Shown here in pieces: positions 47,794-60,963 of a DNA stretch of 64,000 nt. The DNA comes from an uncultured Planctomycetota bacterium (GTDB lineage: Bacteria; Planctomycetota; Planctomycetia; Isosphaerales; Isosphaeraceae). The translations under genes were made by a program, and so were the position numbers. Where the stretch lies: the NCBI GenBank assembly GCA_963737655.1, contig CAVTTN010000002.1:3936001-4000000 (forward strand), written 5' to 3'. The notes beneath the pieces were generated by a model. That model was given only the letters and a program-made list of their open reading frames with translations. It was not told the DNA's origin and searched no databases. Numbering within the stretch: position 1 is the first letter of the stretch; the number at the start of each line of letters is the position of its first letter.

Positions 47794-48468
47794 TCAGGGC
47801 CGGGAGGCGTACTCTCCGCCGGATTCTCGGGCGATCCTTCTGAGATCGTCGCTGCCTCCGGCGAGGTCGATGCAGTGGATCGGCACTTTCTTGCCGTTCT
47901 TCCTGGCGATCGCTTCGGCCGTGCCCTTCGGGAATTCGCCGTCGGAGAGCAGGAAGATGGCGTCGGGGGCCTGGCTGATCGCCTGGGCCAGCGCGGATCG
48001 GGGATCGGTCCCGCCGTCCGGCTCAATCTGGCCCAGCCAGTTCAGGAGGAGCGTCTTGGAGTCGAGGTCGGCCGAGAGGGGCGAGCCGCCCGGCATCGGG
48101 ACGGGCCGATCGTTGTAGAAGATGACCTGGAACCGCTGGGGCCACCGCAGCTCGTTCACGCTCCGGCGGATCTCCCGCTTCGCCCGGGGCAAGCGGTCGC
48201 CGTCGCCCATGCTCCCGGAGCAATCGACCACGTACAAAAAGGTCTTGCCCTGGGCGCGGATGCCGAAGAACTGGGTCTGCTTCCAGGCCGGGATGCGGGC
48301 CCAATCGACCTTCGGGGCATACGGGTCGGAATTGGTCCCGGGAGGGCGGAGGAATTCGGAACCGGCGTTGGGCGGGGCCTGGGGCTTGACCGTGATCTCC
48401 TGGCCGAACGCCGCCCGGCCCGCCAGGACGAGCGTGGTCAGGACGATTCCGATTCCGGGCCTCGCCAT
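47794..48468 (-). CDS. VWA-domain protein with a signal peptide
   Basis: FFGI..YVVDCSGSM (MIDAS), GGT, IFLLSDG, LRRIARESGG. Confidence 0.88.
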   Translation of the reverse strand: MARPGIGIVLTTLVLAGRAAFGQEITVKPQAPPNAGSEFLRPPGTNSDPYAPKVDWARIPAWKQTQFFGIRAQGKTFLYVVDCSGSMGDGDRLPRAKREIRRSVNELRWPQRFQVIFYNDRPVPMPGGSPLSADLDSKTLLLNWLGQIEPDGGTDPRSALAQAISQAPDAIFLLSDGEFPKGTAEAIARKNGKKVPIHCIDLAGGSDDLRRIARESGGEYASRP

Positions 48469-48495
48469 GATCGCTGTCCCCCGTTCTGGCACGCC

Positions 48496-48642
48496 CTAAC
48501 CGAAGATCCGCTCCAGGAGCGAATTGATCAGCATGCAGATCCCGAAAACGATCATCCCGCCGAAGAGGCTCAGGACGAACAGGCCGACCACCTCCGACGG
48601 CTTGTAGCTCTGACGATCGCCGAACCGAGATATTCGCCGCAT
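48496..48642 (-). CDS. 48-aa single-TM small protein
   Basis: MRRISRFGDRQSYKPSEVVGLFVLSLFGGMIVFGICMLINSLLERIFG*, co-oriented upstream of the VWA gene. Confidence 0.4.
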   Translation of the reverse strand: MRRISRFGDRQSYKPSEVVGLFVLSLFGGMIVFGICMLINSLLERIFG

Positions 48643-48933
48643 CCCACGAATCGACGCCCCGAAGAGGAGCGTCCCCCTGTGCCGGTTCGAGAGGGACCCG
48701 CGATCGTCCCAGAGTATCGCGGCGAGAAGCCCTTGAACAGCATCTCCGGGGCCCAATCTTAGACGCGGAGCGACCCGGAGCGCCTGGATGGGCCGGGAGC
48801 CGAGTGCGGCGTCGGCCCGGTTTCCGCCTTGGACATTTGACCACGCCATTGACCGAAGGTCGGGCGCCGTCCAATGATAGTTCCTCGCGCCTCGGCGCCT
48901 CGCCGATTCGCTCGCTTTTCGGAGACCGCCTGG

Positions 48934-49797
48934 ATGGGGGGCCTGACGCTCGCGGACGTGGGATCGATCCTTCTGGCCGTCGGATGGCTCGTCCTCCTGG
49001 AAGGACTGCTCAGCGGAGACAACGCGCTGGTCCTGGCCGTGATGGTCCGCCACCTGCCGAAGAAGAAGCAGAAGCGGGCCTTGCTCTACGGGATCTGGGG
49101 GGCGATCGTCTTCCGGGGGATCGCCGTCGTCTGCGCGAGCTATCTCCTCCAGTTCTGGCAACTGAAGGTGGTCGGCGGCCTCTACCTGCTCTTCCTGGCC
49201 ATCAAGCACTTCGTGGCGGGCGACGGCGGCGAGGCGGCCCATGGCGAGGCCGGCGGCCCCGAGGCCGATCCGGAAGCGGTCGCGGTCTCGACGTTCGACC
49301 GCGTCTTCTGGGTGACGGTCCTGAACGTGGAGCTCGCCGACATCGCCTTCTCGATCGACTCGATCCTCGCCGCCGTGGCGATCACCGAGGGGCTCCCGTC
49401 GAAGCTCCAGGAGAACCACGTCCTCGCCCTGGGGATCATCTACGTCGGCGGCATCCTCGGGATCGTCATGATGCGGTTCGTGGCGAACCTCTTCCTCCTC
49501 CTGCTCGACCGCTTCAAGGGCCTGGCCGCCGGCGCGTACCTGCTGGTGGCCTGGATCGGCCTGAAGCTCACCGGCAGCGGGATCGACAACGCGCTGAACC
49601 CTCGGGCCATCAAGGGCGTGCCGCCGCCGGCCCGGGCTTGGCTCCAGAACGTCCCGGCCGCCGTCCGCAAGTTCCCCTGGGAGATGCCCGACCTGGTCTT
49701 CTGGGCCGGGATGATCGTGATCGTCGTCGCGAGCATGCTCTACCGGCCGAAAGCCCCGGCGACCACCACGCCGACGTCGCCCCCTCCTCGGGATTGA
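48934..49797 (+). CDS. TerC-family (YkoY/Alx-like) membrane protein
   Basis: LEGLLSGDNALV, ALLYGIWGA..FR, ADIAFSIDSILAAVA. Confidence 0.92.
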   Translation: MGGLTLADVGSILLAVGWLVLLEGLLSGDNALVLAVMVRHLPKKKQKRALLYGIWGAIVFRGIAVVCASYLLQFWQLKVVGGLYLLFLAIKHFVAGDGGEAAHGEAGGPEADPEAVAVSTFDRVFWVTVLNVELADIAFSIDSILAAVAITEGLPSKLQENHVLALGIIYVGGILGIVMMRFVANLFLLLLDRFKGLAAGAYLLVAWIGLKLTGSGIDNALNPRAIKGVPPPARAWLQNVPAAVRKFPWEMPDLVFWAGMIVIVVASMLYRPKAPATTTPTSPPPRD

Positions 49798-49804
49798 GGG
49801 CCGA

Positions 49805-51676
49805 TCAGATCCTGCCGAACTGCTTCTCCAGTTCGCTCTTGGTGAAGACCAGGGCCGTGGGCCGCCCGTGGGGGCAATGGTGGGTGTTCGCCGCGAGGTG
49901 ACGGCGGGCGAGGAGCGCGTCGATCTCCTCGGGCGAGAGCTTCTGATTCGCCTTCACGGCCGCCTTGCACGCCACCATGTTCAGGACGTCTTCCAGGACC
50001 GCGTCGGCCGAGGGGGCCAGCGGGCTGGACCGGAAATGCTCGGCCAGGTCGCGCAAAAGGCGATCGGCCGGCACATGGGCGAGCATCGCCGGGACGCTCG
50101 CCACGAGCACCGTGTCCCCGCCGAACGGCTCGATCCCCAGGCCCAGACGGGAGAGCACCTCGCGACGCTGGAGGACCTCCGACGCCTCGGCCGCCGACAG
50201 GTCGACCGGCTCGGGGACGAGCAATCGCTGGGACTCGACCCCTCCGGAGAGCACGCGCCCCTTCAGTTCTTCATACAAGATCCGCTCGTGGAGCGCGTGC
50301 TGGTCGATCACGACCATCCCCTCGTCCGTCTCGGCGATCAGATACGTGTCATGGACCTGGATCGCCTTCGGCGGCAGGTCCCGGACGGCTCGGAGGGCGG
50401 TCGGGGTCGGTTCGGATTCCGCAGGAGCGGCCGAGGTCGCCGGGGCGTCGAAGGAATCTCGAACGATCGTCGGCGACGGGTCGGCAAACTCGTCGAAATC
50501 GCGGGACAGGGGCAAGGCCGGAGGAGTCGCCGACGGATAGGGCTTGAACGGCGGGACCGGACCGGCCGTCGTCGGCGAGAACCACGTCGCGACGTTCTGC
50601 CGATCCGGGTTCGCAGGCGGGATCAGATCGAAACTCGGCGACGGCGGCGACGGCTCGACCGGAGGCGTCTGAAGGCGCGAATGGAGGTCGCTGGCGAGGA
50701 ACGTCTGGCGGACCGTCGCGAGCAGCTGGCTGTAAATCCGGTGGCCGTCGCGAAATCGAACCTCCACCTTGGTCGGGTGGACGTTCACGTCCACTTCCTC
50801 GGGCGGGATGTCGAGATAGACGAATGCCAGGGGCATCCGGCCGACCATCAGCAGCCCGCGATACGCCTCGCTCAGCGCGTGGCTCAGCGAGCGGTCGCGG
50901 ACGTAGCGGCTCCCCACGAACAGGAATTGCCCCTTCGCGCTCGATCGGCTCTGCGAGGGATGGGCCACGTAGCCCCAGAGGTGGATCGATTCGGTCCGAT
51001 TCTCGACCCAGATCAGCGAATTGGCCAGTTCTTGCCCGAAAAAGATGCCGACCCGTTCCTTCAAGCCGGTCACGGCCGGGAGGTCGTAGAGCACCTTCCC
51101 GCCCGAGCGGAACGTGAGGTGGACCGTGGGGTTCGCCAGGGCGATCCGGGTGAAGACCTCGGTGACGTGGCCCGCCTCGGTCTGGTCGGACTTGAGGAAC
51201 GTCCGGCGGACCGGCGTGTTGAAGAAGAGGTTTCGGACCTCGATGACGGTGCCGGGCGCGCCGCCGCAATCCCGGATCGGCTCCGCCTTCCCCGCGTCGA
51301 TCCGGATCTCCGAGCCGATGGCGGCGTCGGCGGTGCGGGTCTGGCAGCGGACCCGGGAGACCTCGGCGATCGCCGCGAGCGCCTCGCCTCGAAACCCGAG
51401 CGTGGTGATCCGAAACAGGTCTTCGGCCTCGGCGAGCTTGCTCGTGGCATGGGGCCGGAACGCGATCGGCAGGTCCTCGGCGGACATCCCCCGGCCGTCG
51501 TCGGCCACGCGGACGAGGTCCTTCCCGCCCCTCTCGACCGAGACCTCCACGCGAGCCGCCCCGGCGTCGATGGCGTTCTCCATCAACTCCTTCACCACGC
51601 TCGCCGGGCGCTCCACGACCTCGCCCGCCGCGATCTGGTTGATCACCGACGCCGGAAGTTCCCGGATGATCCCCAT
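49805..51676 (-). CDS. mutL: DNA mismatch repair protein MutL
   Basis: IAAGEVVERP, GFRGEAL, DVNVHPTK, DQHALHERILYE, ACK, CPHGRP. Confidence 0.97.
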   Translation of the reverse strand: MGIIRELPASVINQIAAGEVVERPASVVKELMENAIDAGAARVEVSVERGGKDLVRVADDGRGMSAEDLPIAFRPHATSKLAEAEDLFRITTLGFRGEALAAIAEVSRVRCQTRTADAAIGSEIRIDAGKAEPIRDCGGAPGTVIEVRNLFFNTPVRRTFLKSDQTEAGHVTEVFTRIALANPTVHLTFRSGGKVLYDLPAVTGLKERVGIFFGQELANSLIWVENRTESIHLWGYVAHPSQSRSSAKGQFLFVGSRYVRDRSLSHALSEAYRGLLMVGRMPLAFVYLDIPPEEVDVNVHPTKVEVRFRDGHRIYSQLLATVRQTFLASDLHSRLQTPPVEPSPPSPSFDLIPPANPDRQNVATWFSPTTAGPVPPFKPYPSATPPALPLSRDFDEFADPSPTIVRDSFDAPATSAAPAESEPTPTALRAVRDLPPKAIQVHDTYLIAETDEGMVVIDQHALHERILYEELKGRVLSGGVESQRLLVPEPVDLSAAEASEVLQRREVLSRLGLGIEPFGGDTVLVASVPAMLAHVPADRLLRDLAEHFRSSPLAPSADAVLEDVLNMVACKAAVKANQKLSPEEIDALLARRHLAANTHHCPHGRPTALVFTKSELEKQFGRI

Positions 51677-51736
51677 GCGCCCCCCTCCGGCTGGTCCATC
51701 CTCATTCTACCACGGGAGCGTTTGTACACAAGCTCG

Positions 51737-53107
<1,371 letters not shown>

Positions 53108-53150
53108 GCTTCGGTCGCGTCTCGGGGTCGTGGGAGGGCGAGCTCGGGAA

Positions 53151-53909
53151 TTATCCGCGGCCCGAGTTGGGTTCGGCGAGGGGCAATCGCACCGTGAACT
53201 TCGTCCCCTTGCCCTCGTCGGTCTCCAGGGCGATGGACCCTCCGTGGGCCTCGACGATCCGCCGGACCGTGGGCAGGCCCAGGCCGCTCCCTCCGGGCTT
53301 GGTGGAATAGAACGGCTCGAAGACGCGGGCCTGGACGTCGGGCGGCATGCCCTTGCCGGTGTCGGTGACCTCCAGGACGGCGAAGTCCCCGTCGCGACGG
53401 GTCGTCAGGAGCAATTCGCCGCCGTCGGGCATGGCGTCGATGGCGTTGCGGAAGAGGTTGTAGAGGGCCTGCTTGAACAGGTCCACCTCGAGCTGGACCT
53501 GCGGGAGGTCGTCGTCGAAGCTCGCCCGGATCACCACGTTCTTCTCGGCCGCGAGCCCTTCGTGGAAGTCGCGGAGGACGTCCACGACGTCGTTCAGGTC
53601 GGCCGGCTCGGTGCGGAGCTCCTGGACCCTCACGAACCGGAGGAAGTCCTCGAGGATGCCTTCGAGACGGTGGCTCTCCTTGCGGACCCTCTCGATCTTC
53701 TGGACGATCCGGCGGTCTCTCGGCGTGTCGGCACCCTGGAAGTCCTCGGCGAGGAGGTCGAGGTTCATCCTCATGGTGGACAGGGGGTTGCGGATCTCGT
53801 GGGCGAGTCCGCCGGCGAGCTGCGCGATCTCGGAATCGCGGGCCCGGAGCGTCTGGTCGGCCCCGGGCCCCTCCTCGATCTCGACGGTCATGGCGGGCGA
53901 TTCGGGCAT
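53151..53909 (-). CDS. Cytoplasmic histidine kinase (HisKA + HATPase only)
   Basis: LAHEIRNPL, NAIDAM, DTGKGM, FEPFYSTK, GSGLGL. Start uncertain (53909 or 53891). Confidence 0.9.
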   Translation of the reverse strand: MPESPAMTVEIEEGPGADQTLRARDSEIAQLAGGLAHEIRNPLSTMRMNLDLLAEDFQGADTPRDRRIVQKIERVRKESHRLEGILEDFLRFVRVQELRTEPADLNDVVDVLRDFHEGLAAEKNVVIRASFDDDLPQVQLEVDLFKQALYNLFRNAIDAMPDGGELLLTTRRDGDFAVLEVTDTGKGMPPDVQARVFEPFYSTKPGGSGLGLPTVRRIVEAHGGSIALETDEGKGTKFTVRLPLAEPNSGRG

Positions 53910-53943
53910 GGCGCGGCCCCCCGCGATCGGTCGGGTCATCCGA

Positions 53944-56188
53944 TCAGTCGCGAGGGGGTCGGCCGCCGTAACCGCCTCCGCCGCTTGGGCCTCGGCGAGG
54001 AGGTCCGCCGCGGTCGCCCCCCGGGGGGCCTCCGGCCGGGCGTTCCCGCCCGGCGTGCTCATCGGGAATGCCGCGCTCGGCCATCGCAACTTTCCTCGAC
54101 AGCTTCACCCGGTCCTGGTCGTCCACGGCGATCACCTTGACGAGCATGGTGTCCCCGACCCGGCAGATGTCCGTCACGCTGCCGACGTAGCCATCGGACA
54201 GCTCGCTGATGTGGACCAGCCCATCCTTGCCGGGGAGGATTTCGACGAAGGCGCCGAAGTCCTTGATCGAGGTCACTCGGCCCTCGTAGATCCCGCCGGG
54301 CTTCACGCCCTCGGTCATCGCCTGGATGCGACTCGCCGCGGCCTCGGCCCCCTCGGCGGTGGGACTCGCCAGGGTCACGATGCCCGAATCCTCGATGTCG
54401 ATCTTCGCGCCCGTCTCTTCCTGGAGGCGACGAATCGTCTTGCCGCCGGGTCCGATCACCAGGCCGATCTTCTCGGGGTTGATCTGGATCTGGATCAGCC
54501 TGGGGGCGTTGGTGGCGATGTCTTCGCGAGGCCGCTTGATCGCCCGGAGCATGGCCCGGAGGATTTCGAGACGGGCCTCGCGGGCCTGGTCGAGCGTCCC
54601 CCGGATGATCTCCTCGGTGATCCCCTTGTTCTTCAGGTCGAGCTGGATGCCCGTGACGCCTCGCTGGGTGCCGGCGACCTTGAAATCCATGTCGCCGAAG
54701 TGGTCCTCGTCGCCGATGATGTCGGTCAGCAGGACGAACCGGCCCGAGCCTTCATCCTGGACCAGCCCGATCGAGATCCCGCCCACCGGGTCGGTGATCG
54801 GCACGCCGGCGTCCATCATGCTGAGGGTCGCCCCGCAGACCGAGGCCATCGAGCTCGAGCCGTTGGATTCGAGGATGTCGCTGACGACGCGGATCGTGTA
54901 CGGGAACTCGGTCGTGGTCGGCAGGATCGGCTTGACCGACCGCTCGGCCAGGGCGCCGTGGCCGATCTCGCGACGGCCGGGCCCGCGGATCGGCCGGACC
55001 TCGCCGACGGCGAACGAGGGCATGTTGTAATCGAGATAGAATTTCTTCGAATACTCCTCCATGATCCCGTCCACCCGCTGCTCGTCGGCACCGGTGCCGA
55101 GGACGGTGGTGACGAGGGCCTGGGTCTCGCCCCTCTGGAAGATGGCCGAGCCGTGGGCGCTGGGCAAGACGGCGACCTCGCAGGAGATCGGGCGGAGGTC
55201 CTTCGGCCCCCGGCCGTCGGGCCGATAACCGTCGAGGATCATCTCGCGGACGACCCGTTCCTGGAGGGCGTGGAAGGCGGACTTCACCTTCAGCGGAGCC
55301 GGGGAGTCGGTCGCGCGCCTCGGGGCACAATTCGGAGACGACCCGCTCGCCCAGGGCCTTCACGGCGGCGTTGCGGTCATGCTTCAGGTGGATCCCCTTG
55401 GCCTCGCGGAGGGCGCCCGAGTACCGCTCGTGGAGGGTCTGGGCGAGCGGGTCGTGGACGTCCTCGGGATGGGTGTGAGGGGGCATCCCGGCCGCTTCGC
55501 GGAGGCGATGCTGGAGGGCGATGAGGTCCTGATTCATCCGGTGGGCGGTCAGGATCGCCTCGGCCATCTCGGCCTCGGGCAGCTCCTGGCCGAACCCCTC
55601 GATCATGACCACGGCCTTGTTGGTGCTCGCCACGATCAGGTCGAGGTCGCTGGCCTCCATCTCCTTGGCCGTGGGGAACGGGACGAGCTTGCCCTCGATC
55701 CGGCCGAGCCGGATGGCCCCGATCGGGCCGAGGAACGGGACGTCGGAGGCCAGGACGAGCGAAGCCGAGGCGCCGAGGATCGACAGGACGTCCGGGTCAT
55801 TCACGCGGTCGGCGGAGATCGGCCCGGCCTGGATCTGGACTTCGTTGCGATAGTGGGCCGGGAACAGGGGGCGAATCGGCCGGTCGATCAGGCGAGAGGT
55901 GAGGATTTCCTTGGTCGAGGGGCGGCCTTCTCGCTTGATGAATCCGCCGGGGAACTTGCCGGCGGCATAGACCTTTTCCCGGTAGTCCACCGTCAGCGGG
56001 AAGAAGTCGAGCCCTTCGCGGCCCGGCGCGGCGACGGTGGCCACCAGGCTCATGGTATCGCCCAGCCGGACGACGACGGCGCCGTGAGCCTGCTTGGCGA
56101 GCCGGCCGGTTTCCAGGCTGAGGGTCTTGCCGTCGAGCGTGATCTCAACGGAGACGGGTTTGCGGGGAGCAGACGTGGCAGTAGACAT
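53944..56188 (-). CDS. pnp: Polyribonucleotide nucleotidyltransferase (frameshift near 55315)
   Basis: DFFPLTVDY, LIDRPIRPLF, RREIGHG, ESNGSSSMA, GDMDFKVAG, KH and S1 domains. Confidence 0.96.
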
Positions 56189-56384
56189 CTCACCTACCTC
56201 GGCGGGTCGGCCGGGTGGGTGCCGCGATGGGTCGCCCCGGGAGGGCTGGAAGGCCGGGGCCGAGCCAGGACCCGGGGCGAGGGCGTCAGGGAGAAGGCGG
56301 AGCCGACCGGCTGGGATCGAATCGCATCGGTCGGCGGCGAATTGCCTCGGTCGGGACGGACCGGCGACGGACGGACCTTCCGCG

Positions 56385-56654
56385 TCACTTGCGGATGCCG
56401 AGCCGCCCAATGACTTCAAGGTAGCTCTTGCGGTTGTGGAGCCTCAGGTACTTCAGCAAGCTCGACCGCTTCGAGACCATCATCAGCAGCCCTCGGCGGC
56501 TGGCGTGGTCCTTCTTGTGCGCCTTGAAATGGTCGGTCAAGTCGTTGATCCGGGCCGTCAGGAGGGCGATCTGCACCTCCGGCGACCCCGTGTCCACGTC
56601 TGCCCGGCCGAACGCCCCGATGATCTCCGTCTTCTTCTCTTTCGTGATCGCCAT
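56385..56654 (-). CDS. rpsO: 30S ribosomal protein S15
   Basis: [25 protein letters not shown]; 89 aa; upstream of pnp. Confidence 0.98.
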   Translation of the reverse strand: MAITKEKKTEIIGAFGRADVDTGSPEVQIALLTARINDLTDHFKAHKKDHASRRGLLMMVSKRSSLLKYLRLHNRKSYLEVIGRLGIRK

Positions 56655-56782
56655 CGCACGCCCCACGGCCGCCGGCCTGAACATCAGAGGCCGTTGTCGA
56701 ACATCGGAACCATTGAAGAGACAGAAGTGTAGGCGATCCCGTCCGTGAATGCAATCCCCTCCCGGCCGAGAGGCCGGCCCCC

Positions 56783-59328
56783 TCAATCCCGGGGGGGAGG
56801 TTCCGGCTTCATCGCCTTGATGCCCGAGTCCCAGGTGAACGGATGGACGCTCCCCGCCCATCGGGCCTGGAGGGCCGGGCGCCCCCCCTCGCCGATCGCC
56901 ACGCTCGACGCGACGATCAAGCCCGCGATCGTCAGCCCGAAGTAAATCGGCCAGGGCCGGGGCCAGCCCGAATCCCCATCGAGGCCGGGGAGCGGTCGGA
57001 ACCGGCGCGGCCAGATCAGGCAGAACAGGACGACCGCCAATCCCAGGGCCGAGACCGTCGCGCCGGCCACGAATCCGACGGGCCGATAGCGGAAACGGAG
57101 CGTATGCGACCCCTTGGGCACGTAAACCGAACGGAAGGCGACGTAAGCCGGGCGGATGGGCGCGGCCTTTCCGTCGATCGTCGCGGACCAGCCCGGGTCA
57201 TACGTGTCGGAGAGCACCAGGTACGCCCCGACCGGGCATTCGGTGGCCACATCGACGGCCTCCGGGAGGTCGAGCGTGATCCGGGCCCGGCCGGAAACCG
57301 AGGCGGACGGGTCGAGCGGACGGTCGGGGTCTTCGATCACCGGCCGATCCAGAGAATCGCGGCGGAGACGGAGCAAGGCGTCGCCGGCCTCGCGTTCGTC
57401 GGCCGCGTAGACCGGGTTGCCCATCATCCGGACGCGGTCCCTCGCGCCGGGATTGCGGAAGATGAAGGCGGAGCCGGCCTTCTCCGGGGCGTCGAGCCGG
57501 GCGACCCGGTAGCCGGGACCGGCGAGGACGTGGCTCACCCCTTCCACGTCGAACCGAACGCCGGCCTCGATCGAGACCCGGTCGTAACGAACCGTCCTCC
57601 TCGGGATGATCGGCGTGTGTCCTCCGGAGGACGACAGCCCCCAGACCGGCGGCAGGCTCCAGGCGAGGGTGTCGCGCGCGGGGAAGATGTCCTTCGGGTG
57701 GGTCACGTGGCCGGGCTCGCCGGCGGACAGGGCCCGAGGCCAAAAACCCTCCGCAAGCCCGGGTCGGCCTGGAGCTTCGGGACCGTCGGCGGAGGGACGG
57801 TCCAGTAGGTCGGATCGATGGTGGGGCAGTCGTTCCAGTGGGCCCCAAGCAGGTCGGCGAGGGCCAGCAAGGGCAGGACGGCGGCCCATCGTCGCCGGAT
57901 CTCGGGCCGAGCGGCCCGGATCGCCAGGCGGGCCACCACTCCGGCCCCGATCAGGAGGAGGAACGTCCGGCAGGCCGAGACGATCAGCTCCTCGGTCAGC
58001 CAGCGAGAGCGGTCCTTGTGGTAGCGAGTCACCCAGAGCGCCGCCTCGGACCATGCGGGCTCGTAGACATAATAAAGAATCGGGACACACGCGAGAACCA
58101 GGAGGCCCAGGGCCGCCATCGGCCCTCGGAGGCGGACCGGGCCCGGCCGGGACAGCCGATCGACGCCCACGGCCGCCAGGGCCGACACCGCCAGGACGAC
58201 CCACAGGTGATAGCGGACCGGAATCCGGCCGCTGCCGATGATCGGCACGTGAGGCATCACGTCGAAGACCACCGTGAACCGGCCGAGCATCATCACCGCG
58301 CCGACCATCGCCAGGAGGACCCAGAAGCCGACCCAGCGGTCGCGATACGCCCCGACCCCGACGAGCGAGAGGGCCAGGCCGACCAGGCCCATGTAAACAT
58401 TCATTTCATGGTAGGGATAATAGCCGTCGAGCCAATCGGTGTCGCGGGCCCTCGTCCCGTAGGCTTCCCGGACGAGCAGGGTGGGGAGCAATTCCGGGTG
58501 CCACGAGCCGAAGGTGATCTCCTCCCAGTCCAGCCCGCCGGCCCGGGGGGATCGGTTCAGGTACTCTCGGGACGGGTTCCACTGGATGGCGCTGACGGAC
58601 GCCCCGACGAGGAAGATCCCCGCGACCACGGCCAGGGCCTTGAGGCGGTCGGCGCGGTCGCGGACCGTCGCCGCGCGGTAAAGGGCGTAGAGTCCGAGGA
58701 TTCCGGCGGTGAGGATGGTGTCCTGGAGGTGCCCGGCGAAGACCTGGCAGGCCATCGCGAGCCCTCCGAGCGCCACGGGCCGGAGCCGGCCGCCGTCCCA
58801 GGCCGATTCCAGGGCCCAGACGGCCAGCGGGACGCTCGCCAGGGCGTTGATCATGCTCGTGTGGATCAGGTGCGCCGACACGTAGCCGCTCAGCCCGAAG
58901 ATCGCCGCGCCGGTCAAGGCCCCGGAGGGCCCCACGTGGCGGCGGAGCCACCCGTAGGTCCCCGCCCCGGCCAGCCAGACCGACAGGACGGTGTCCAGGT
59001 TCAGCGCCTTCCACGTCTCCATGAAGGGATAGAAGACATACTTGAACGGATGCAAGTATCCGGCCTGGCTCTCGGCGTAGAGCGGGAACCCGCAGTAGAG
59101 GCCGGGCATCCACCGGGAGAAGCGGCCGGCGCGCAGCTCCCGGGCGAAGAAGTCGCGATAGGGGTAGTTGATCTCCGTGATATCGAAGTAATACAGGGCC
59201 CCTCGGAACGTCACGACGTCGCGGAAGATCAGGACGACGGCGGCCGTCCACACGCCCAGGGCGAGGAGGTCGGCCCAGCCGCGGCGGGGAGGCGCGGGGG
59301 TCCAGGCGGGCGGCGAAGGGGTGTCCAC
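56783..59328 (-). CDS. YfhO-like multi-TM protein, GT-C fold (frameshift near 57731)
   Basis: [13 protein letters not shown], many TM segments, [17 protein letters not shown] and LRFRYRP. Confidence 0.85.
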
Positions 59329-59350
59329 GGCGGCTCGGCTCTTTCGGGAG

Positions 59351-60963
59351 TCAGGGCGAGGAGGGCCAGTCGATGATGACGAAGTCGCGCCCTCGGAACA
59401 ACACCCGGCCCCCCTCGGCCATCGCCTGATGTCGGTAGAACGGACCGACTTCGCGCCCTCGGGAGATCAGGACTCGGGGATGAAGCCCGGGATACTTCGG
59501 GGCGGCGCCGAATCGGTCGGGGTAGTGGGGATAGGGGACGCCCTCGATCCGACCCCGCGTCTCCAGGGCGATCCGGTAGACGTCCCAGTAGTCGCCGAAG
59601 ACCGAATCGACCTCGGGATGCCCCTCGAACCACGCGAGGACCGGGTCGTCCGGGCCCGTCCGGGCCGCCGATCGGCCGATCCAGCCCAGCCTCTCGTACC
59701 AGGACCAGGTATCGAGCGAAAACGCCCCGGCGAAGCCGATGGCCAGAGTCACCGCCAGGATCAAGCCTCCCGTGCCCTTTCTCGAGAGGCCAGCCAGGAC
59801 CATCCCGAGGCCGATCGACCACGGCACGAGGAGGAAGACCAGGTAGCGGTAATTGTCCGAGTTGTAAATCTGATTGCTGATGAGGAACCCGAACAGGATC
59901 AGGGACGAGGACATCACCAAAGCGAATCGGACCGCCAGGCTCGCCCGGGAGTCCCCGCCGGGACGGACATAAACCAACGCCGCGACGGCGAAGGGGACCA
60001 ATCCCAGGCCGAGAAGGGTCGTCATCCAGGCCGAGACGGGCGAGCCGGGCAGGTCCGCCCGGTTCCCGGGGAGCGAGGCGGGATTCGGGTCGGATTCCAG
60101 CGAGGGGACCTTGTGGCCGGCGAGCAGGCGAGGCAGGCATTCGCGGAAAAGAAGGTCCGCGTGCCCCGAGGCCAGGAGCCGCGCCGGGCCCAGTCGATCC
60201 GGCCCTCGTTTGGGCCCGAGGAAGCGGGGTCGAGGATCGTGGCGAATTGCCCCTTGTAGGCGTCGTGAGGGTCGGCCCGATAGCCAAGCTCTCGCGGGAG
60301 GTCCCCCAGGACGAAACCCGCCGCGAATGCCAGGACGATCAGGAACTTTCGGACCCATGCGCCGAAGGTGGTCCCGAAAAGGATCGCGCCGAGGACGATG
60401 GCCCCGATCGATGTCAGGAACATCTGATCCAGGTAGAACCCGAACCCCAGCCAGACGCCCAGCACCGCCGCGCGGCCGATCCCTCCGCGGGCGAGGCAGG
60501 AATGCAGGACGGCCAGGGCGCCGGCATGCCAGGCGACGGTCAGGAGATGGCCGCCGGTCAGGCGGCCGGAGAGCCAGACCGTCCCCACCGAGGCGAACGC
60601 CAACGGGACCAGCCCCCAGGCCGCCACGGACGGGCCAAACGCCCTCCATGACAGGAGGAAGATCGCCAGGACCGCGAGTTCATAGGCCACCACCCCGCCG
60701 GAAGTGATCGTCTCGGCGGTCGCTCCGCTGACCATCGCCTGGGGATAGGCGAGGAAGAGCGAGGGGATGCCCATGTGGGGCGTCCCCGGATAATGCCAGC
60801 GAAAATGGCCCCTCGTGGCGTCGAGCAGGGTCAGGCCGTCGACGGCCAGGTCGCTGTCCAGGTGCGCGTGGGCGCTGCGGATCAGGGGGATTCGGACCAG
60901 GGCCACCCAGATCATGGCCAGGGCCAGCATCAGCCACGGCCATCGAGGCGAGGCGGGTTTCAT
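59351..60963 (-). CDS. Multi-TM GT-C-like glycosyltransferase (frameshift near 60185)
   Basis: LDSDLAVDGL acidic loop after TM1, many TM segments and GDYWDVY; ATGA overlap with the Uma2 gene. Confidence 0.65.

Noticed and set aside
48650..48933. yybP-ykoY manganese riboswitch upstream of TerC
   Set aside because: It is expected by context, but I could not find the conserved motifs by eye. An Rfam scan would settle it.
53944..56188. Programmed frameshift or split pnp
   Set aside because: No slippery site was seen, and the break fits the window-wide indel pattern.
56655..56780. S15 autoregulatory leader RNA
   Set aside because: It is plausible by position, but I could not support any specific structure by eye.
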